In this document: one piece after another, positions 49,901 through 62,800 of the stretch
Layout of the letters: every line of letters begins with the position of its first letter
Position numbering within the stretch: position 1 is the first letter of the stretch
Assembly: GCA_040954595.2 (NCBI GenBank)
Contig: CM082598.2
Span: 9,005,097 to 9,069,096 of the forward strand
DNA length: 64,000 nucleotides
Reading direction: 5' to 3'
Source of the DNA: Balanoglossus misakiensis
Taxonomy: Eukaryota; Animalia; Hemichordata
Program-made: the position numbers and the translations under genes
Notes under the pieces: generated by a model
What the model saw: only the letters and a program-made list of their open reading frames with translations
The model's database searches: none
What the model was told of the DNA's origin: nothing

Positions 49901-52900
49901 TTCGGTTTGCCCGACTTAGCCAACGTCTTTGTACCAGAGTGTCGGGTCTTTTGCAGAGCCAGGCCGAAGGAAATCCGACTTGATCACCGTTGCTAACGAA
50001 CGCTAGTGTCTGTCATGGTGTGCCGGGGTTTTAGTCGAGCCAGGCCGTAGGAGATCTGACTTGATCATCGTGGTCAATGTACGCGTGTTTCCGCTCTAAA
50101 GTGCCGGGGCTTCAGCTAAACCAGGCCGTAGGAAATCCGACGTAATCACCGTTGATAACTTACGCCAGTCTGTGTCATATAGAGCCGGTGCACCAGCCGA
50201 GTCACGCCGTAGGAAATCTGACTTGATCAACGTGGTCAATGTACGCCTGTTTCTGCTCTAGACTTTCGGGGCTTCAGCTGAGCCAGGCCGTAGGAAACCC
50301 GACGTGATTACCGTTGTTAACTTACGCCAGTCTGTGAACTATAGAGCCGGTGCACCAGCCGAGTCACGCCGTAGGAAATCTGACTTGATCAACGTGGTCA
50401 ATGTACGCCTGTTTCTGCTCTAGAGTGCCGGGGCTTCAGCTGAGCGAGGCCGTAGGAAACCCGACGTGATTACCGTTGTTAACTTACGCCAGTCTGTGTC
50501 CTATATATAGTGCCGAGGCATCAGCCGTGCCAGGCCGAAGGAAATGTGAGTAGATCAACGTGGTCTCTGTACGCGTGTTTCTGCTCTAGAGTGCCAGGGC
50601 TTTAGCCAAGCCATGCCGTAGGAAATCTGACTTGATCAACGTTGCTAACGAACGCTAGTGTCTGTCATAGTGTGCCGGGGTTTTAGTCGAGCCAAGCCGT
50701 AGGAGATCAGACTTGATCAACGTGGTCTCTGTACGCGTGTTTCTGCTCTAGAGTGTCAGAGTTTTAGCCGACTTATGCTGTAGGAAATCTGAGTTGATGA
50801 ACGGGAATTCAATATTAGAAAACCCGTGTGGAAAGTATCTCTACCCGTTTGAAACTAAGAAAAGAATTTATTCTTATTTATTTTGTAAAAAAGACAATTT
50901 TTCGAAAAAAAGTCGAAAATGGTAATTTTGTCTTGGGTGATTCAAATTATACCGCCTTTTCTGGAATTTGCAGCACTTTTTACAAGAGAACGACACTTCA
51001 TGCTCAATAATATTTTTGAAAATGAAGGAAAGAGTTAATTTTTTATGATTTTTTAAAAATTTACCACTTTTGTCAAAATATGGCCAAAATGGCTATTTTT
51101 TCTTGAATTCCGTCAATATCTCTGCATTTTTGGAGTGGTCGAAACTTTTAACATACAATCAACATGTCATATATAATCAGGGCACCGAATTCGAAGAACA
51201 ATTAAAGCTTTTTTTAATTATTTTTCTAAAAATGACATTTTCAAGCAAAATTTGATAACATGCAATTTTGTCTGCAGTGAGGCAAATTAGACTGTCTTTT
51301 GTGGTATTTGTATCGATATATACATTTGAAGGGCATTCTATACTCCATCAGATTACCGAAAATGTAGAAAACATTTATTTTTCGTAATTTTCAAAAATTT
51401 ACCATTTTTGACCAAAATGTGGCTAAAATTGTTATTTTCGTCTTGAATGCCGCCAGTGTCACTGCTTTTAAGAGTCATAAAAACTTTTAACATACAAGCA
51501 ATTGTTTATATATGATCAGGTCACCGAATTAAAGAAAATAAAGAATGTTTTGCCTGAAAATGACCTTTTTGGTGCAAAAACGAATAAAACGCAATTTTGT
51601 ATTAAATCAGCTCATTCAGAGTGCATTTTTTATAATCAGCACCATTTTTACATATAATGGAAATTTCATACATCATCAGATATTCAAATATGAAAAAATG
51701 ATTTAGATTTTAGATGATTGTCCAAAATTAGCTGATATCTAATAAATGTAGTATTGAACCGTTCTGTCCCCCCCCCACCCCTACATTATATGCGGTACGC
51801 CGATGTCAGCTTACCCGGCAGTACTGCAGGCCGTGCCCCCAACTAACGTCGGTGTTTGAAACGCCCTGGTTAAATTCGGGCTTTCTCTATAAATTGACAG
51901 GCAATAATGCAGTCCTGCCCGAACAAATGTCGAGTGTTGACCCGCTGTGACTTTCCCTCTTCGGTTTTCCCGACTTAGCCAACGTCTTTGTACCAGAGTG
52001 TCGGGTCTTTTGCAGAGCCAGGCCGAAGGAAATCCGACTTGATCACCGTTGCTAACGAACGCTAGTGTCTGTCATGGTGTGCCGGGGTTTTAGTCGAGCC
52101 AGGCCGTAGGAGATCTGACTTGATCATCGTGGTCAATGTACGCGTGTTTCCGCTCTAAAGTGCCGGGGCTTCAGCTAAACCAGGCCGTAGGAAATCCGAC
52201 GTAATCACCGTTGATAACTTACGCCAGTCTGTGTCATATAGAGCCGGTGCACCAGCCGAGTCACGCCGTAGGAAATCTGACTTGATCAACGTGGTCAATG
52301 TACGCCTGTTTCTGCTCTAGAGTTTCGGGGCTTCAGCTGAGCCAGGCCGTAGGAAACCCGACGTGATTACCGTTGTTAACTTACGCCAGTCTGTGAACTA
52401 TAGAGCCGGTGCACCAGCCGAGTCACGCCGTAGGAAATCTGACTTGATCAACGTGGTCAATGTACGCCTGTTTCTGCTCTAGAGTGCCGGGGCTCCAGCT
52501 GAGCGAGGCCGTAGGAAACCCGACGTGATTACCGTTGTTAACTTACGCCAGTCTGTGTCCTATATATAGTGCCGAGGCATCAGCCGTGCCAGGCCGAAGG
52601 AAATGTGAGTAGATCAACGTGGTCTCTGTACGCGTGTTTCTGCTCTAGAGTGCCAGGGCTTTAGCCAAGCCATGCCGTAGGAAATCTGACTTGATCAACG
52701 TTGCTAACGAACGCTAGTGTCTGTCATAGTGTGCCGGGGTTTTAGTCGAGCCAAGCCGTAGGAGATCAGACTTGATCAACGTGGTCTCTGTACGCGTGTT
52801 TCTGCTCTAGAGTGCCGGGGCTTTATCCAAGCCATGCCGTAGAAAATCTGACTTGATCACCGTTGCTAACGTACGCTAGTGTCTGTCATATTGTGACGGA

Positions 52901-55900
52901 GATTTAGCTGAGCCAGGCCGTAGACAAATCGACTTGTTCAACGTTACCAGTGTGCAACTGTTTCTGCTCTAGAGTGTCAGAGTTTTAGCCGACTTATGCT
53001 GTAGGAAATGTGAGTTGATGAACGGGAATTCAATATTAGAAAACCCGTGTGGAAAGTATCTCTACCCGTTTGAAACTAAGAAAAGAATTTATTCTTATTT
53101 ATTTTGTAAAAAAGACAATTTTTCGAAAAAAAGTCGAAAATGGTAATTTTGTCTTGGGTGATTCAAATTATACCGCCTTTTCTGGAATTTGCAGCACTTT
53201 TTACAAGAGAACGACACTTCATGCTCCATAATATTTCCGAAAATGAAGAAAAGAGTTAATTTTTTATGATTTTTTATAAATTTACCATTTTTGTCAAAAT
53301 ATGGCCAAAATGACTATTTTTTCTTGAATTCCGTCAATATCTCTGCATTTTTGGAGTGGTCGAAACTTTTAACATACAATCAACATGTCATATATAATCA
53401 GGGCACCGAATTCGAAGAACAATTAAAGCTTTTTTTAATTATTTTTCTAAAAATGACATTTTCAAGCAAAAATTGATAACATGCAATTTTGTCTGCAGTG
53501 AGCAAAATTAGACTGTCTTTTGTGGTATTTGTATCGATATATACATACGAAGGGCATTCTATACTCCATCAGATTACCGAAAATGTAGGAAACATTTATT
53601 TTTCGTAATTTTCAAAAATTTACCATTTTTGACCAAAATGTGGCTGAAATTGTTATTTTCGTCTTGAATGCCGCCAGTGTCACTGCTTTTAAGAGTCATA
53701 AAAACTTTTAACATACAAGCAATTGTTTATATATGATCAGGTCACCGAATTAAAAAAATAAAGAATGTTTTGCCTAAAATGACCTTTTTGGTGCAAAAAC
53801 GAATAAAACGCAATTTTGTATTAAATCAGCTCATTCAGAGTGCATTTTTTATAATCAGCACCATTTTTACATATAATGGAAATTTCATACATCATCAGAT
53901 ATTCAAATATGAAAAAATGATTTAGATTTTAGATGATTGTCCAAAATTAGCTGATATCTAATAAATGTAGTATTGAACCGTTCTGTCCCCCCCCCCCCCC
54001 TACATTATATGCGGTACGCCGATGTCAGCTTACCCGGCAGTACTGCAGGCCGTGCCACCAACTAACGTCGGTGTTTGAAACGCCCTGGTTAAATTCGGGC
54101 TTTCTCTATAAATTGACAGGCAATAATGCAGTCCTACCCGAACAAATGTCGAGTGTTGACCCGCTGTGACTTTCCCTCTTCGGTTTGCCCGACTTAGCCA
54201 ACGTCTTTGTACTGGAGTGTCGGGTCTTTTGCAGAGGCAGGCCGAAGGAAATCCGACTTGATCACCGTTGCTAACGAACGCTAGTGTCTGTCATGGTGTG
54301 CCGGGGTTTTAGTCGAGCCAGGCCGTAGGAGATCTGACTTGATCATCGTGGTCAATGTACGCGTGTTTCTGCTCTAAAGTGCCGGGGCTTCAGCTAAACC
54401 AGGCCGTAGGAAATCCGACGTAATCACCGTTGATAACTTACGCCAGTCTGTGTCATATAGAGCCGGTGCAGCAGCCGAGTCACGCCGTAGGAAATCTGAC
54501 TTGATCAACGTGGTCAATGTACGCCTATTTCTGCTCTAGAGTGCCGGGGCTTCAGCTGAGCCAGGCCGTAGGAAACCCGACGTGATTACCGTTGTTAACT
54601 TACGCCAGTCTGTGTCCTATATATAGTGCCGGGGCATCAGCCGTGCCAGGCCGAAGGAAATGTGAGTAGATCAACGTGGTCTCTGTACGCGTGTTTCTGC
54701 TCTAGAGTGCCAGGGCTTTAGCCAAGCCATGCCGTAGGAAATCTGACTTGATCAACGTTGCTAACGAACGCTAGTGTCTGTCATAGTGTGCCGGGGTTTT
54801 AGTCGAGCCAAGCCGTAGGAGATCAGACTTGATCAACGTGGTCTCTGTACGCGTGTTTCTGCTCTAGAGTGCCGGGGCTTTATCCAAGCCGTGCCGTAGA
54901 AAATCTGACTTGATCACCGTTGCTAACGTACGCTAGTGTCTGTCATATTGTGACGGAGATTTAGCCGAGCCAGGCCGTAGAAAAATCGACTTGTTCAACG
55001 TTACCAGTGTGCAACTGTTTCTGCTCTAGAGTGTCAGGGTTTTAGCCGACTTATGCTGTAGCAAATCTGAGTTGATGAACGGGAATTCAATGTTAGAAAA
55101 CCCGTGTGGAAAGTATCTCTACCCGTTTGAAACTAAGAAAAGAATTTATTCTTATTTATTTTGTAAAAAAGACAATTTTTCGAAAAAAAGTCCAAAATGG
55201 TAATTTTGTCTTGGGTGATTCAAATTATACCGCCTTTCCTGGAATTTGCAGCACTTTTTACAAGAGAACGACACTTCATGCTCCATAATATTTCCGAAAA
55301 TGAAGAAAAGATTTAATTTTTTATGATTTTTTACAAATTTACCGTTTTTGTCAAAATATGGCCAAAATGACTATTTTTTCTTGAATTCCGTCAATATCTC
55401 TGCATTTTTGGAGTGGTCGAAACTTTTAACATACAATCAACATGTCATATATGATCAGGGCACCAAATTCGAAGAACAAAGGTTTTTTTATTTTTTTTTC
55501 TAAAAATGACATTTTCAAGGAAAATTTGGTAAAACGGAATTTTGTCTGCAGTGAGCCAAATTAGACTGTCCTTTGTGGAATTTGTATCGATATATACATA
55601 CGAAGAGCATTCTATACTCCATCAGATTTCCGAAAATGTAGAAAACAGGTATTTTTTGTAATTTTCCAAAATTTACCATTTTGACCAAATTATGGCTAAA
55701 ATTGTTATTTTCCTCTTGGACGCCGCCAGTGTCACTGCTTTTAAGAGTCATAAAAACTTTTAACATACAAGCAATTGTTTATATATGATCAGGTCACCGA
55801 ATTAAAAAAATAAAGAATGTTTTGCCTAAAAATGACGTTTTTAGTGCAAAAAATGAATAAAACGCAATTTTGTATTAAATCAGCTCATTCAGAGTGCATT

Positions 55901-56816
55901 TTTAGAATCAGCACCATTTTTACATATTATGGACATTTCATACATCATCAGATATCCAAATTTGAAAAAAATGATTTAGATTTTAGCTGATTGTCCAAAA
56001 TTAGCTGATATCTAATAAATGTAGTATTGAACCATTCTGTTCCCCCCCCCCTACATTATATGCGGTACGCCGATGTCAGCTTACCCGGCAGTACTGCAGG
56101 CCGTGCCCCCAACTAACGTCGGTGTTTGAAACGCCCTGGTTAAATTCGGGCTTTCTCTATAAATTGACAGGCAATAATGCAGTCCTACCCGAACAAATGT
56201 CGAGTGTTGACCCGCTGTGACTTTCCCTCTTCGGTTTGCCCGACTTAGCCAACGTCTTTGTACTAGAGTGTCGGGTCTTTTACAGAGCCAGGCCGAAGGA
56301 AATCCGACTTGATCGCCGTTGCTAACGAACGCTAGTGTCTGTCATGGTGTGCCGGGGTTTAAGTCGAGCCAGGCCGTAGGAGATCTGACTTGATCATCGT
56401 GGTCAATGTACGCCTGTTTCCGCTCTAAAGCTAAACCATGCTGTAGGAAATCCGACGTAATCACCGTTGATAACTTACGCCAGTCTCTGTCATATAGAGC
56501 CGGTGCACCAGCCGAGTCACGCCGTAGGAAATCTGACTTGATCAACGTGGTCAATTTACGCCTGTTTCTGCTCTAGAGTGCCGGGGCTTCAGCTAAGCCA
56601 GGCCGTAGGAAACCCGACGTGATTACCGTTGTTAACTTACGCCAGTCTGTGTCCTATATATAGTGCCGGGGCATCAGCCGTGCCAGGCCGAAGGAAATGT
56701 GAGTAGATCAACGTGGTCTCTGTACGCGTGTTTCTGCTCTAGAGTGCCAGGGCTTTAGCCAAGCCATGCCGTAGGAAATCTGACTTGATCAACGTTGCTA
56801 ACGAACGCTAGTGTCT

Positions 56817-59800
56817 GCTGAGAATTTGTTGCCGCCATTCTTGGGAGGGGAGAAATGATGGCTGAGAATTTGTTGCCGCCATTCTTTGGAAGGGAGAAAT
56901 GATGGCAGAGAATTTATTGCCGCCATCCTTGGGAGGGGAGAAATAACGGCTGAGAGTTTGTTGCCGCCATTCTTGGGCGGGGAGAAATGATGGCAGAGAA
57001 TTTGTTGCCGCCATTCTTGGGAGGGGAGAAATGATGGCTGAGAATTTGTTGCCGCCATTGTTTGGAGGGGAGAAATGATGGCAGATAATTTATTGCCGCC
57101 ATCCTTGGGAGGGGAGAAATAACGGCTGAGTGTTTGTTGCCGCCATTCTTGGGCGGGGAGAAATGATGGCAGAGAATTTGTTGCCGCCATTCTTGGGAGG
57201 GGAGAAATGATGGCAGAGAATTTGTTGCCGCCATTCTTGGGAGGGGAGAAATGATGGCTGAGAATTTGTTGCCGCCATTCTTGGGCGGGGAGAAATGATG
57301 GCAGAGAATTTGTTTCCGCCATTCTTGGGAGGGGGGAAATGATGGCTGAGAATTTGTCGCCGCCATTCTTGGGAGGGGAGAAATGATGGCTGAGAATTTG
57401 TTGCCGCCATTCTCTTGAGGGGAGAAATGATGGCAGAGAATTTATTGCCGCCATCCTTGGGAGGGGAGAAATAACGGCTGAGAGTTTGTTGCCGCCATTC
57501 TTGGGCGGGGAGAAATGATGGCAGAGAATTTGTTGCCGCCATTCTTGGGAGGGGAGAAATGATGGCTGAGAATTTGTTGCCGCTATTCTTTGGAGGGGAG
57601 AAATGATGGCAGAGAATTTATTGCCGCCATCCTTGGGAGTGGAGAAATGATGGCTGAGTGTTTGTTGCCGCCATTCTTGGGCGGGGAGAAATGATGGCAG
57701 AGAATTTGTTTCCGCCATTCTTGGGACGGGAGAAATGATGGCTGAGAATTTGTTGCCGCCATTCTTTGGAGGGGAGAAATGATGGCAGAGAATTTATTGC
57801 TGCCATCCTTGGGAGTGGAGAAATGATGGCTGAGAATTTGTTGCCGCCATTCTTGGGCGGGGAGAAATGATGGCAGAGAATTTATTGCCGCCATCCTTGG
57901 GAGTGGAGAAATGATGGCTGAGAATTTGTTGCCGCCATTCTTGGGCGGGGAGAAATGATGGCAGAGAATTTGTTGCCGCCATTCTTGGGAGGGGAGAACT
58001 GATGGCTGAGAATTTGTTGCCGCCATTCTTTGGAGGGGAGAAATGATGGCAGAGAATTTATTGCCGCCATCCTTGGGAGGAGAGAAATAACGGCTGAGAG
58101 TTTGTTGCCGCCATTCTTGGGCGGGGAGAAATGATGGCAGAGAATTTATTGCCGCCATCCTTGGGAGGGGAGAAATAACGGCTGAGAGTTTGTTGCCGCC
58201 ATTCTTGGGCGGGGAGAAATGATGGCAGAGAATTTGTTGCCGCCATTCTTGGGAGGGGAGAAATAACGGCTGAGAGTTTGTTGCCGCCATTCTAGGGAGG
58301 GTAGAAATAACGGCTGAGAGTTTGTTGCCGCCATTCTTGGGAGGGGAGAAATGATGGCAGAGAATTTATTGCCGCCATCCTTGGGAGGGGAGAAATAACG
58401 GCTGAGAGTTTGTTGCCGCCATTCTTGGGAGAGGAGAAATAACGGCAGAGAGTTTGTTGCCGCCATTCTTGGGAGGGGAGAAATAACGGCTGAGAGTTTG
58501 TTGCCGCCATTCTTGGGAGGGGAGAAATGATGGCAGACAATTTGTTGCCGCCATTCTTTGTAGGGGAGAAACGATGGCACAGAATTTATTACCGCCATTC
58601 TTGGGAGGGGAGAAATGATGGCAGAGAGTTTATTGCCGCCATTCTCGGGAGGGGAGAAATGATGGCAAAGAATTTGTTGCCGCCATTCTTTGGAGGGGAG
58701 AAATGATGGCAGAGAATTTATTGCCGCCATCCTTGGGAGGAGAGAAATAACGGCTGAGAGTTTGTTGCCGCCATTCTTGGGCGGGGAGAAATGATGGCAG
58801 AGAATTTGTTGCCGCCATTCTTGGGAGGGGAGAACTGATGGCTGAGAATTTTTTGCCGCCATTCTTGGGAGGGGAGAAATGATGGCAGACAATTTGTTGC
58901 CGCCATTCTTTGTAGGGGAGAAACGATGGCACAGAATTTATTACCGCCATTCTTGGGCGGGGAGAAATGATGGCAGAGAGTTTATTGCCGCCATTCTCGG
59001 GAGGGGAGAAATGATGGCAGAGAATTTGTTGCCGCCATTCTTTGTAGGGGAGAAACGATGGCAGAGAATTTATTGCCGCCATCCTTGGGAGGGGAGAAAT
59101 AACGGCTAAGAGTTTGTTGCCGCCATTCGTGTGAGGGGCGAAATGAGGGCAGAGAATATTTCACGGTTGCCGCCATTCTTTGGACAGGACAAATGATGGC
59201 AGAGAATTTGTTGCCGCCATTCTTGGGAGGGGAGAAATAACGGCTGAGAGTTTGTTGCCGCCATTCTTGGGAGAGGAGAAATAACGGCTGAGAGTTTGTT
59301 GCCGCCATTCTTGGGAGGGGAGAAATGATGGCAGAGAATTTGTTGCCGCCATTCTTGGGAGGGGAGAAATGATGGCAGAGAATTTATTGCCGCCATCCTT
59401 GGGAGGGGAGAAATAACGGCTAAGAGTTTGTTGCCGCCATTCGCGTGAGGGGCGAAATGAGGGCAGAGAATATTTCACGGTTGCCGCCATTCTTTGGACA
59501 AGACAAATGATGGCAGAGAATTTGTTGCCGCCGTTCTTGGGAGGGGAGAAATAACGGCTGAGAGTTTGTTGCCGCCATTCTTGGGAGAGGAGAAATAACG
59601 GCAGAGAGTTTGTTGCCGCCATTCTTGGGAGGGGAGAAATAACGGCTGAGAGTTTGTTGCCGCCATTCTTGGGAGGGGAGAAATGATGGCAGACAATTTG
59701 TTGCCGCCATTCTTTGTAGGGGAGAAACGATGGCACAGAATTTATTAACGCCATTCTTGGGAGGGGAGAAATGATGGCAGAGAGTTTATTGCCGCCATTC

Positions 59801-62800
59801 TCGGGAGGGGAGAAATGATGGCAGAGAATTTGTTGCCGCCATTCTTTGGAGGGGAGAAATGATGGCAGAGAATTTATTGCCGCCATCCTTGGGAGGAGAG
59901 AAATAACGGCAGAGAATTTGTTGCCGCCATTCTTTGTAGGGGAGAAACGATGGCAGAGAATTTGTTGCCGCCATTCTTGGGAGGGGAGAACTGATGGCTG
60001 AGAATTTTTTGCCGCCATTCTTGGGAGGGTAGAAATAACGGCTGAGAGTTTGTTGCCGCCATTCTTGGGAGGGGAAAAATAACGGCTGAGAGTTTGTTGC
60101 CGCCATTCTTGGGAGGGGAGAAATGATGGCAGACAATTTGTTGCCGCCATTCTTTGTAGGGGAGAAACGATGGCACAGAATTTATTACCGCCATTCTTGG
60201 GAGGGGAGAAATGATGGCAGAGAGTTTATTGCCGCCATTCTCGGGAGGGGAGAAATGATGGCAGAGAATTTGTTGCCGCCATTCTTTGTAGTGGAGAAAC
60301 GATGGCAGAGAATTTATTGCCGCCATCCTTGGGAGGGGAGAAATAACGGCTAAGAGTTTGTTGCCGCCATTCGTGTGAGGGGCGAAATGAGGGCAGACAA
60401 TATTTCACGGTTGCCGCCATTCTTTGGACAGGACAAATGATGGCAGAGAATTTGTTGCCGCCATTCTTGGGAGGGGAGAAATAACGGCTGAGAGTTTGTT
60501 GCCGCCATTCTTGGGAGAGGAGAAATAACGGCTGAGAGTTTGTTGCCGCCATTCTTGGGAGGGGAGAAATGATGGCAGAGAATTTGTTGCCGCCATTCTT
60601 GGGAGGGGAGAAATGATGGCAGAGAATTTGTTGCCGCCATTCTTTGTAGGGGAGAAACGATGGCAGAGAATTTATTGCCGCCATTCTTGGAAGGGGAGAA
60701 ATAACGGCTGAGAGTTTGTTGCCGCCATTCTTTGTAGTGGAGAAACGATGGCAGAGAGTTTGTTGCCGCCATTCTTGGGAGGGGAGAAATGATGGCTGAG
60801 AATTTGTTGCCGCCATTCTTGGGAGGGGAGAAATGATGGCAGAGAGTTTGTTGCCGCCATTCTTGGGAGGGGAGAAATGATGGCAGAGAATTTATTACCG
60901 CCATCCTTGGGAGGGGAGAAATAACGGCTAAGAGTTTGTTGCCGCCATTCGTGTGAGGGGCGAAATGAGGGCAGAGAATATTTCACGGTTGCCGCCATTC
61001 TTTGGACAGGACAAATGATGGCAGAGAATTTGTTGCCGCCATTCTTGGGAGGGGAGAAATAACGGCTGAGAGTTTGTTGCCGCCATTCTTGGGAGAGGAG
61101 AAATAACGGCTGAGAGTTTGTTGCCGCCATTCTTGGGAGGGGAGAAATAACGGCTGAGAGTTTGTTGCCGCCATTCTTGGGAGGGGAGAAATGATGGCAG
61201 AGAATTTGTTGCCGCCATTCTTGGGAGGGGAGAAATGATGGCAGAGAATTTATTGCCGCCATCCTTGGGAGGGGAGAAATAACGGCTAAGAGTTTGTTGC
61301 CGCCATTCGCGTGAGGGGCGAAATGAGGGCAGAGAATATTTCACGGTTGCCGCCATTCTTTGGACAGGACAAATGATGGCAGAGAATTTGTTGCCGCCAT
61401 TCTTGGGAGGGGAGAAATAACGGCGGAGAGTTTGTTGCCGCCATTCTTGGGAGAGGAGAAATAACGGCAGAGAGTTTGTTGCCGCCATTCTTGGGAGGGG
61501 AGAAATAACGGCTGAGAGTTTGTTGCCGCCATTCTTGGGAGGGGAGAAATCATGGCAGACAATTTGTTGCCGCCATTCTTTGTAGGGGAGAAACGATGGC
61601 ACAGAATTTATTACCGCCATTCTTTGGAGGGGAGAAATAACCGCTGAGAGTTTGTTGCCGCCATTCTTGGGCGGGGAGAAATGATGGCAGAGAATTTGTT
61701 GCCGCCATTCTTGGGAGGGGAGAAATGATGGCTGAGAATTTGTTGCCGCCATTCTTTGGAGGGGAGAAATGATGGCAGAGAATTTATTGCCGCCATCCTT
61801 GGGAGGGGAGAAATAACGGCTGAGAGTTTGTTGCCGCCATTCTTGGGAGGGGAGAAATGATGGCAGACAATTTGTTGCCGCCATTCTTTGTAGGGGAGAA
61901 ACGATGGCACAGAATTTATTACCGCCATTCTTGGGAGGGGAGAAATGATGGCAGAGAGTTTATTGCCGCCATTCTCGGGAGGGGAGAAATGATGGCAGAG
62001 AATTTGTTGCCGCCATTCTTTGTAGGGGAGAAACGATGGCAGAGAATTTATTGCCGCCATTCTTGGAAGGGGAGAAATAACGGCTGAGAGTTTGTTGCCG
62101 CCATTCTTTGTAGTGGAGAAACGATGGCAGAGAGTTTGTTGCCGCCATTCTTGGGAGGGGAGAAATGATGGCTGAGAATTTGTTGCCGCCATTCTTGGGA
62201 GGGGAGAAATGATGGCAGAGAGTTTGTTGCCGCCATTCTTGGGAGGGGAGAAATGATGGCAGTGAATTTATTGCCGCCATCCTTGGGAGGGGAGAAATAA
62301 CGGCTAAGAGTTTGTTGCCGCCATTCGCGTGAGGGGCGAAATGAGGGCAGAGAATATTTCACGGTTGCCGCCATTCTTTGGACAAGACAAATGATGGCAG
62401 ACAATTTGTTGCCGCCGTTCTTGGGAGGGGAGAAATAACGGCTGAGAGTTTATTGCCGCCATTCTCGGGAGGGGAGAAATGATGGCAGAGAATTTGTTGC
62501 CGCCATTCTTTGTAGGGGAGAAACGATGGCAGAGAATTTATTGCCGCCATTCTTGGGAGGGGAGAAATGATGGCAGAGAATTTATTGCCGCCATCCTTGG
62601 GAGGGGAGAAATAACGGCTAAGAGTTTGTTGCCGCCATTCGTGTGAGGGGCGAAATGAGGGCAGAGAATATTTCACGGTTGCCGCCATTCTTTGGACAGG
62701 ACAAATGATGGCAGAGAATTTGTTGCCGCCATTCTTGGGAGGGGAGAAATAACGGCTGAGAGTTTGTTGCCGCCATTCTTGGGCGGGGAGAAATGATGGC

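Larger units (their letters stand above)
1..56817. repeat. Composite macrosatellite array, about 25 head-to-tail units of ~1.7-2.4 kb (AT-rich block + poly-C + unique spacer + n x 81-bp GC-rich monomers)
   Basis: The landmark GTGGAAAGTATCT recurs at 1178, 3560, 5775, 8572, 10951, 12973, 16771, 18827, 20551, 22683, ~24910, 26744, ~29639, 31695, 34072, ~36123, 38172, 40391, 42523, 44740, 46917, 48766, 50828, 53049 and 55106. All copies are in the same orientation and highly similar. The array continues beyond the left edge. Confidence 0.97.

Noticed and set aside
1178-55766. Recurrent short ORFs (MESISTRL..., MSKYGQN..., MFVSNGD..., MNHSVPP...)
   Set aside because: They mostly use GTG/TTG starts, show no recognisable domain, and change frame freely with homopolymer indels between units, so they are satellite artefacts.
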